A stretch of DNA of 64,000 nucleotides. Source: a virus. Positions 57,152-64,000 of the stretch are shown piece after piece. Numbering within the stretch: position 1 is the first letter of the stretch; each line of letters begins with the position of its first letter. The notes beneath the pieces were generated by a model. It searched no databases, was not told the DNA's origin, and saw only the letters and a program-made list of their open reading frames with translations. The position numbers and the translations under genes were made by a program. The stretch covers positions 1-64,000 of IMG/VR virus record IMGVR_UViG_3300042545_001167. One strand, given 5' to 3'.

Positions 57152-59293
57152 TTATCTTACTCCATATATCTTTGCATTTCTGACTGCATTATTAGATGCA
57201 TGAACATTACTAAATGATGGTACTTGAGGAGAACCACCAAGACCACCTACAGATGGTTTTGTTGAACTTGGAACAGCAACTTCATAAACTATTTCTGGCA
57301 TAAAATTAGTTGGTGCAGAAATATTTCTTTGAGATGATCTAGATTTTGAAGCAGAGAAAGTCATTGTTGGAATTGATGATGACTTTCTCTGAGAAGAATC
57401 TGGAGAAAGTCCACCTGCAAATCTTGGTTTAGGTTTGGAAACTGGTTCTGCTTTTGCTGGTTGATTTAATCCAAACATAGATGCAATACCAGTTCCAACT
57501 TTCTGCAGAATATTTGGTTGCTGACCTTTTGGTTTTGGTTTTGATGCAATATTTGCAGATGAACTTGAATTTAATATTCTTTTAGCCGCTGCCATTCTTG
57601 CAGATTCGTGCGGTACGCTTGGTGCTTCATATCCAAGCATAAAATTCTTGGTTGCTTCACTTAAATTTTTTGAACCTAACCAAGCACTCTTCGTTTCTCT
57701 TCCCCAAGGAAGTTGAGGTCTTCCTTGAGAGTCTGGATTGCCAGTATCCATTTCATACTTAACATAATCCATTTGTTGCTTCAGGTTATTAAAAACTCCA
57801 GGACCATATCTCTTTACTGCAGTATCCCATCTTCCAGGAGTTTCCCATTGTGCCACTCCTCTACCAGGACCTCCACCGTCTTGAGCAGTATTTGGTTTTA
57901 ATCCAGGTGCCTCAATTGAGAAATTGCCAAGAGCAGCAGCAATATGATAAGGTTTTGCTGATGGGAAATTTAATTTGAGTTGATTGTATGCAATTTTTTC
58001 ATTTCCGCCCAATGGAGGATCAACACTACGAGTTCCAATCTGCCCACCACCTGCAGCATAAGTTGTTCCAGTAATCATTCTTGGTCTGTTTGTTCCTCCA
58101 CCAGAAGCATTCATTGCCTCTAAAGTGCTTGTACCGTACTTCTGGACAGCACCACGCGACATAACAAATTCACCATCACTCAACATTGCGGGAATTTTAT
58201 CTACACCCTTTTGTCCACTGATGTATCCAGGTCTTGTACCACCACCAAAAAATCCAAATAATTTTTTAAAGTTTGCAAGTCCACCACCAGCAAATTTAAC
58301 TCCACCAAAATCTTCAATGCCTTTACTCAGTGCCATAGTACCGGCAACTGCTGTACCAATTTCTAATCCAGCACCTAATAGTTTCCCACCTCTACCGCCA
58401 AGGAATCCTGCAACCTTACCAGCACCTCTCAATCCTGCTCTTGCTGCCAATCCTGCTGCTGCTTGAACAAGTCTTAAAGTTCCCCTGATTAGAAGTGAAG
58501 ATAAACCTCCAATAAATTTACCAAGACCTGTTCCAAATCTTAGATACAGTGCAAGTAGTTTTGGCCAATGTTCACCAAGAAACTTAAAGATGCTCTTGAC
58601 TTTTTCTTGATTATCTTTATTACCAAACCATTCAATTAGTTTTACAATAGACCTTCCAATAAAAATAGCAATGATTGCATCAATAATTTTATCAAGTAAT
58701 GACTTGATAGGTGCCAACATCTTTTGTGCTGCACCAAGTGCCTTAGTAAATCCTTTTTCTAAAAGTGCTTCTGCTCCTGCTCTTTTTTCCTTTTCACTCT
58801 GTATTCTTTCTCTTTCTAATATCTTTTTCTGAATTTTATTCTGTTCTGTTAAATTGGCAATGATTTGAGATAGAGCATTTTTAATATTATTAATATCATT
58901 TGCCCCAGACATATTATCAATCGCTGAAGGCAATGCCAATCTTTTAGTTGATATTCCCTTAAGTAATTTTTGTTTTCCTAATTGGATTCCTACAGCACTT
59001 CCTTTTTTAAAACTTTCTACACTAATTTTTTTTGGTTTAAATCTACCTTTCTTTGATTTTACTCTCTTCCATTCATTTGTGATTAATTCTGTTTCCAAGG
59101 TTGAATATCTAGTTTTAGACATTCTGGAAGCAACCATTGCTTCTTTTAAATGTCCAGAATATTCATCATAGGACAATTCATATTCATCCTGAAGACCAAG
59201 CAGTTCTAAAATCCTTTCATCAATTTTTTCAGTAGATACCTTCTTCCCATTAGAGAGAACTAGAGAACTAATTTTAGAAGGATTGACCGCCAT
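57152..59293 (-). CDS. Tape-measure-like tail protein with phage tail lysozyme domain
   Basis: Coiled-coil, DKIPAMLSDGEFVM motif, AALGNFSIE...GRGVAQW...QQMDYV..E...YEAP. Confidence 0.65.
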   Translation of the reverse strand: MAVNPSKISSLVLSNGKKVSTEKIDERILELLGLQDEYELSYDEYSGHLKEAMVASRMSKTRYSTLETELITNEWKRVKSKKGRFKPKKISVESFKKGSAVGIQLGKQKLLKGISTKRLALPSAIDNMSGANDINNIKNALSQIIANLTEQNKIQKKILERERIQSEKEKRAGAEALLEKGFTKALGAAQKMLAPIKSLLDKIIDAIIAIFIGRSIVKLIEWFGNKDNQEKVKSIFKFLGEHWPKLLALYLRFGTGLGKFIGGLSSLLIRGTLRLVQAAAGLAARAGLRGAGKVAGFLGGRGGKLLGAGLEIGTAVAGTMALSKGIEDFGGVKFAGGGLANFKKLFGFFGGGTRPGYISGQKGVDKIPAMLSDGEFVMSRGAVQKYGTSTLEAMNASGGGTNRPRMITGTTYAAGGGQIGTRSVDPPLGGNEKIAYNQLKLNFPSAKPYHIAAALGNFSIEAPGLKPNTAQDGGGPGRGVAQWETPGRWDTAVKRYGPGVFNNLKQQMDYVKYEMDTGNPDSQGRPQLPWGRETKSAWLGSKNLSEATKNFMLGYEAPSVPHESARMAAAKRILNSSSSANIASKPKPKGQQPNILQKVGTGIASMFGLNQPAKAEPVSKPKPRFAGGLSPDSSQRKSSSIPTMTFSASKSRSSQRNISAPTNFMPEIVYEVAVPSSTKPSVGGLGGSPQVPSFSNVHASNNAVRNAKIYGVR

Positions 59294-59450
59294 TTGCTTG
59301 TTGTTTGAGTTTCTCTTCTTCCAGATGTTGCTTCAATAATTCAACATAAACATCCCTTTCCCAAGGAATCATATTTTCAATCTCTGTTAATGAGTATTTA
59401 TGATACTGCATTAAAGCAAAGTTAAGTCTGAAGTAGTTCTCAAGGTCCAT
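59274..59450 (-). CDS. gp51: Baseplate hub assembly protein gp51-like, 58 aa (MDLENYFRLNFALMQYHKYSLTEIENMIPWERDVYV...)
   Basis: Manual translation; NFALMQYHKYSL.EIE.M.PWER..Y signature, directly after gp26. Confidence 0.8.
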   Translation of the reverse strand: MDLENYFRLNFALMQYHKYSLTEIENMIPWERDVYVELLKQHLEEEKLKQQANGGQSF

Positions 59451-59461
59451 ATGGACCAGTG

Positions 59462-60181
59462 CTATGCGAAAAAAGATGCTAACCCTTCTAGAACTACTTC
59501 ACTCTCTACTTTAGTTTTTGGATTTGTAACTGTAATTTTATGAGAAAGTCTTGGCATTGTTTCAAAGAATTTTTCAATTTCTTTGAACTGAGCAGAATTC
59601 ATCTGCTCTAAAAATTCAAGAAGTTCTTTTTTAGTTACATCAGATGCTGCCCACACTTCATCTTCAGTATAAATTTTATCAATACAAGATGCAATCAATT
59701 CAAATGATTGATCCATTGCATTATCATTTTTAAAATCAAAATTAGTCTTAATAAATTGATCCAATGAAGGATACTTCATTTCCATTATAATAGTAGGATC
59801 TACTTTAATTTTATTTGTATGAGTTTCTTCCTTTTGAACTTTAATGTCGTCTAGATTGATACTGACGGCAACATTAGTTTCTTCGTCGTCAGGACAAATA
59901 ACATTAACTTCGATTTCTTCTCCTACCGACTTTCCACGAATATTTAAGAACAAATATTCAATATCAAAAGTAGGAAGAGATTCTACCTTAACACCTTTTG
60001 TGATAATGCAATTTTTAATTACTGTCTTAATAGCAGTAGTAATTTGCTTAGTATCTTCACTCTCTAAAGCAATTACTAGTACCTTTTCTTCTTTTACTAG
60101 AAATGGTCTGTATTGAACTGTTTCCCCTGTTGATGGCAATTCAAGTTGATAAATTGGCGTACTAATCTTTGGTAAAGGCAT
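59462..60181 (-). CDS. gp26: Baseplate hub subunit/assembly chaperone gp26
   Basis: YRPFLVKEEK, FDIEYLFLNIRGKSVGE, MKYP, FFETMP, LEGLASFF. Confidence 0.9.
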   Translation of the reverse strand: MPLPKISTPIYQLELPSTGETVQYRPFLVKEEKVLVIALESEDTKQITTAIKTVIKNCIITKGVKVESLPTFDIEYLFLNIRGKSVGEEIEVNVICPDDEETNVAVSINLDDIKVQKEETHTNKIKVDPTIIMEMKYPSLDQFIKTNFDFKNDNAMDQSFELIASCIDKIYTEDEVWAASDVTKKELLEFLEQMNSAQFKEIEKFFETMPRLSHKITVTNPKTKVESEVVLEGLASFFA

Positions 60182-60225
60182 AATGTCCTATAGAAAATTT
60201 CAGGTATGATTATTTATTCTCAAAA

Positions 60226-61074
60226 TCAAAGATTAAGATTTGCTGCCTGTTGCAAATTAATAGAATTTCCAGATAACTGAGATGCTGACAAAGAAACTCC
60301 ACCAATTGTTTGGTTTGGAATAATCTGTGGATTTGTAAATACAGATTGATTGAATATTAAACTATTTGCTGCCGCAAGTTGTTGTGGACTTGATCCATTT
60401 ACATTAGTATTTGGGGTAATGACAGGATTTACAACATATCTAAGATATGTAAGAGAAACTGTACATTTTAATAAGGAAGCAGTATCGTAAGATACAGGTA
60501 TTGAAGAAACACTGATAGGGAATACTTTTACAAAAGTATACTCCAAAGACCCACCAGTATAGTTTGAGTTTTTACCAGTTCTTTCAAATTTTGTAACTTT
60601 CATTCCATCAGCAACATATCCACCACTTGGATTTTTTCCACCAGTTCCCTCAGGATAGTTCATTCTATAAAAATAATTACTACCAGTTGTTCCCACTCTA
60701 CCACCTTCTTTTTCTGAAATATTTTCCCCAACAATATATTTCATCCAGGTTTCAAAGTATCTGATAGGAAGATAATTTTCTGCATCAACATAAAAACTTA
60801 AATCAATTCTATCATCATATAATCTTCTATATACATGTCTTTCAGTTACTCCTGTAAAATCATTATTGATTTCGTGAGTTGCTAGACTTGACCCAGGAAG
60901 AGAAGCCTCAGAACACAATAAATTTAATTTGATTTGATCATACTTGACTCCATTACTCGACAAATAATCTGACGTTAATCCACCAGGTCTTGGAATACTT
61001 ACCTCAAAATGAGAGGTAAGAGCAGGTTGTAGAAGGTTTGCCTTAATTTGGTCTACTGTCCTATTAGTAGGCAT
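60226..61074 (-). CDS. gp54: Baseplate tail-tube initiator (gp54-like, tube fold)
   Basis: LLCSEASLPG, FYVD, FETW, FP.SV..IPVSY, K.TV...Y; T4-like synteny. Confidence 0.6.
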   Translation of the reverse strand: MPTNRTVDQIKANLLQPALTSHFEVSIPRPGGLTSDYLSSNGVKYDQIKLNLLCSEASLPGSSLATHEINNDFTGVTERHVYRRLYDDRIDLSFYVDAENYLPIRYFETWMKYIVGENISEKEGGRVGTTGSNYFYRMNYPEGTGGKNPSGGYVADGMKVTKFERTGKNSNYTGGSLEYTFVKVFPISVSSIPVSYDTASLLKCTVSLTYLRYVVNPVITPNTNVNGSSPQQLAAANSLIFNQSVFTNPQIIPNQTIGGVSLSASQLSGNSINLQQAANLNL

Positions 61075-61075
61075 C

Positions 61076-61083
61076 TATAAATA
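61076..61083 (+). promoter_or_regulatory. T4-type late promoter TATAAATA
   Basis: Exact motif 34 nt upstream of the gp4 ATG. Related (A/C/T)TAAATA motifs precede many minus-strand genes (1934, 2617, 7007, 16407, 43021, 53034 and others). Confidence 0.75.
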
Positions 61084-61116
61084 CTTTTTGATCCGTTATA
61101 TTATGTAGTAAGGATA

Positions 61117-61560
61117 ATGGCAGAAAGTATTAAAAGCAAATACAAACCATCATTTCCACAAAAGTATAAAGGTGATCCTAATAATATCATATGCAGAAGT
61201 AGTTGGGAAAGACGATTTTGTCATTGGTGCGATTTAAACGAAAATATTATTGAATGGGGAAGTGAAGAATTTTGGATTCCATATCTTTCTCCAGTTGATA
61301 ATAGGGTTCATAGATATTTTCCAGACTTTATAATTAAAGTAAAAGAAAGTACTGGACAGATTAAAACATATGTGATTGAAGTCAAACCAAAAAGACAAAC
61401 GGAACCTCCAAAGAAAAAAACAAGAGTGACTAAATCATATCTTTATGAAGCAAAAACATATGCAGTCAACCAGGCAAAGTGGAAAGCTGCAGTTGAATGG
61501 TGCGAAGATAGGAGATTGGAGTTTAAGGTGATAACCGAAAACGAATTAGGCATCAAGTAA
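61117..61560 (+). CDS. gp4: Head completion nuclease gp4
   Basis: KYKGDPNNI.CRSSWER, W.SEE..IPY, HRYFPDF, IEVKP, NQAKW. Confidence 0.9.
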   Translation: MAESIKSKYKPSFPQKYKGDPNNIICRSSWERRFCHWCDLNENIIEWGSEEFWIPYLSPVDNRVHRYFPDFIIKVKESTGQIKTYVIEVKPKRQTEPPKKKTRVTKSYLYEAKTYAVNQAKWKAAVEWCEDRRLEFKVITENELGIK

Positions 61561-61946
61561 TGGCACAAGGATTTGGACAGTATGTTGGATCTACTCCAAG
61601 AGTCAGAGAACTTAAAAAAAGAATTGATAAAGCAAATACAAAAGATCCAGAAGACTTAATGCTCATCATCATGGATGTTCTTAAGGAAGAAGTTTTATAT
61701 CCAGAACCAGGAAAATTCTATACCTTTATATACAATCCAAAAACACCAAATATTAGATATGACCAGCACCCACTAATTGCCTGCATGGAGTTACAAAAAT
61801 GGGGATTTAAGGCAATCAATTTTCATTGGAGAAAATCTAGAAACTATACTTGGGAAGAAATTGCAGGAAAACTTCATGTTGTTAAATATGAAGAACTTGA
61901 TGAATTACTCTCAATACCTTATGCAAAATTTCGTCTAAATAAATAA
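61560..61946 (+). CDS. gp2: DNA end protector gp2-like protein
   Basis: PG.FYTFIY.PKT...YDQHPLI, GF.AINFHW. Confidence 0.7.
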   Translation: MAQGFGQYVGSTPRVRELKKRIDKANTKDPEDLMLIIMDVLKEEVLYPEPGKFYTFIYNPKTPNIRYDQHPLIACMELQKWGFKAINFHWRKSRNYTWEEIAGKLHVVKYEELDELLSIPYAKFRLNK

Positions 61947-62018
61947 AAACTATGTGTCAATGTTTAGAACAATAAGACAACATATTCTAAACATCCTCTC
62001 TTCTGGGGAGGTATCTTA

Positions 62019-63389
62019 ATGCCAGCAACGAGTTATAGTTTTAAAGATGGTTCTTCTCCTGGTGCCAAAGGATATACAAGCGACCCCTTTCGAGTAAAAG
62101 TTGGAAATACTGTAACCAATTACACAGTAAAAACTGATGCGAATGTAGATAAAGATGGTAATATTATTGCGTCAAAATTGACATTACAAGATACTGTAAC
62201 TGCAAGAAGTGGAAAAACAGAAAGGGCTCTTGCAGTTTCTTTTGATGGTGGAAGAAATTGGTACGATCCCTCTTCTGGTGGAAAATCTAATCTAGTTCCA
62301 CTTAAACAGGAAATTTTAACAGCAGAACAAATTAAAGCATTAAAACCTGGAGGATCATTATATACAGGATCTAGACAAGCTGGGCAAACATCTGCACAAA
62401 AAGCAGAAGCAAGCAAACCTCAACAAGAACAATTGGGAGTTGGAAATGTTGCGGAATTGCCGAAAAAAGATGAACAATCAAAAAACTTTGAGGAGACAGA
62501 GAACGAAGTTAATAAAGGTCCTGCGGAAGGAACAAGAGAAAATTACAATGGAACAACTATATTAAAATATCCAGAAAATCTTCAATTAGAACACCAAGAT
62601 TGTATAAAATTTAGCATATTTAAATATGATCCAAGGGGATTGGGTCTTGTAGAAAATAGAGAGAGAAGAAGACTAAACAAAAAAACTCCAATAGGAACAA
62701 TTGTTCTTCCCGTCCCTGCAGGAATTAGTGATTCGAATACTGCCGATTGGCAAAAAGATGATCTAGATCTTGCAACTGCAGGAATTTCAGACTTCATTAC
62801 ACAATTTGTCTCTAAGGGCAAAGATGCGGGTGTTGCATCGGCAAAAGAAACACTTGGTGCATTGAGTGATACTGATTCAAAAACTCTTGCATCAATCGTT
62901 GCAGTAAAAACTGCCCAAGCAGTAACCAATACAAATGTTCTTTCAAGAGCATATGGGCAGGTCTTAAACCCAAACTCAGAACTATTATTCAGTGGACCAT
63001 CATTGAGAACCTTTAGTTTCTCATTTAGGTTATCACCAAGAAGTGAAAGTGAAGCAAAGATAGTTAGAACTATTATCAGATACTTCAAACAGGCAATGTC
63101 AGTTCAAAGAAGTCAATCCATTCTTCTTCTAAGAGCACCAAATACTTTTGGTATAGAATACCTAACTAGTGGTCAAAATTCACACCCATACTTAAATAAA
63201 TTTAAGGAGTGTGCATTAACTCAATGCAATGTTAATTACACTCCTGATGGACAGTACATGACTTATGCTACTGAAAAATCAATGACTTCTTATGAGATGC
63301 AATTACAATTCCAAGAACTTGAGCCAATCTTTAATGATGATTACACTGACGCTGATAATGGTAAATCAGATTCAAACATAGGTTACTAA
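62019..63389 (+). CDS. gp48: Baseplate tail tube cap gp48
   Basis: LKYP, I.LP.P..ISD, NPNSELLF.GP.LR.F.F.F.L.PR...E, KFK.CAL....VNYTPDG, L.FQELEP. Confidence 0.88.
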   Translation: MPATSYSFKDGSSPGAKGYTSDPFRVKVGNTVTNYTVKTDANVDKDGNIIASKLTLQDTVTARSGKTERALAVSFDGGRNWYDPSSGGKSNLVPLKQEILTAEQIKALKPGGSLYTGSRQAGQTSAQKAEASKPQQEQLGVGNVAELPKKDEQSKNFEETENEVNKGPAEGTRENYNGTTILKYPENLQLEHQDCIKFSIFKYDPRGLGLVENRERRRLNKKTPIGTIVLPVPAGISDSNTADWQKDDLDLATAGISDFITQFVSKGKDAGVASAKETLGALSDTDSKTLASIVAVKTAQAVTNTNVLSRAYGQVLNPNSELLFSGPSLRTFSFSFRLSPRSESEAKIVRTIIRYFKQAMSVQRSQSILLLRAPNTFGIEYLTSGQNSHPYLNKFKECALTQCNVNYTPDGQYMTYATEKSMTSYEMQLQFQELEPIFNDDYTDADNGKSDSNIGY

Positions 63390-63390
63390 A

Positions 63391-64000
63391 ATGGCAAATC
63401 CATATTTCCGTCAAGTTCCAAATCTTGATTATGTTAGCAGACTTCCAAATGCTAAGATAGGAGACTATATTCAAGTAAAAAATCTTTTCAAGAAAGGAAA
63501 ATTAAGAGAAGATATTTTTCAGAACTTAGCATTCTTTGAGAAATACAAGATTCTTGGAGATAACAGACCTGATAATGTTGCATTTGAAGTCTATGGAGAT
63601 TCAACATTAGATTGGGTAGTTCTTCTATCAAATAATATTGTAAATATTCAATCAGAATGGCCATTAACACAAAATTCATTTGATGATTGTCTTTTTAACA
63701 AGTATATGCAACAAGATGATTATACTGAAGAAGATGTTTATAATTCAGTCTACAATGGAATACATCACTACGAAACAACCGAAGTAAAAAATAGTCAAGG
63801 AGTAGTCATTGTTCCTGCAGGTCTCCAAGTCTCTTCAGACTATTCAGTAAGTTATTATGATTACTTTATTGACAATCAAGTTGATAGTGGAAATATTGCA
63901 GTGCCTGTCACCAATTATGAGTATGAAGAAAGATTGAATAATGATAAAAGAAATATCTACCTTCTCAAATCTACGTACTTAAATATTATTCTTGATGATA
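63391..64000 (+). CDS. gp53: Baseplate wedge subunit gp53, runs off the window
   Basis: Manual translation MANPYFRQVPNLDY...RPDNVAFEVYGDSTLDWVVLLSNNI..EWP...IHHYET...TNYEYEERLN..KR.I. Confidence 0.88.
   Translation, partial: MANPYFRQVPNLDYVSRLPNAKIGDYIQVKNLFKKGKLREDIFQNLAFFEKYKILGDNRPDNVAFEVYGDSTLDWVVLLSNNIVNIQSEWPLTQNSFDDCLFNKYMQQDDYTEEDVYNSVYNGIHHYETTEVKNSQGVVIVPAGLQVSSDYSVSYYDYFIDNQVDSGNIAVPVTNYEYEERLNNDKRNIYLLKSTYLNIILDD

Noticed and set aside
62120-63679. Minus-strand ORFs 62120..62416, 62582..63088 and 63488..63679
   Set aside because: Antisense to well-supported gp48 and gp53.

Overview
AT-rich 64-kb segment of a large T4-like myovirus genome. It is almost certainly a cyanophage: it encodes CP12, uses cyanophage-type (A/C/T)TAAATA late promoters, and has T4-like gp2/gp4/gp5/gp26/gp48/gp51/gp53/gp54 orthologues. 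Nearly everything from 1 to 61074 is on the minus strand. Positions 729-42991 are a large accessory tail-fibre/adhesin region. It holds three LamG-type lectins, Gly-rich and collagen-like fibres with S74 chaperone tails, and three 7-bladed RCC1 propellers with DNA-level repeat homogenisation. These are interleaved with a glycan-tailoring toolkit: glycosyltransferases, methyltransferases, a sulfotransferase, a radical SAM enzyme, 2OG oxygenases and a glycosidase-like propeller. A small early island (Mom-like gene, tRNA-Thr, tRNA-Leu) and the baseplate/tail module follow. Best novel candidates: (1) a virion protein ending in four tandem 125-aa Hint (intein-like) domains separated by polyproline/extensin-like linkers, with complementary loss of catalytic ends, sitting tail-to-tail with a lone plus-strand prolyl-4-hydroxylase-like gene; (2) a -1 frameshift signal (T TTT TTC plus a hairpin) that would fuse gp26 to gp51, like lambda G/GT; (3) a 21-blade RCC1 array with constant scaffold and variable loops. 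All product calls come from motif recognition, not database searches.
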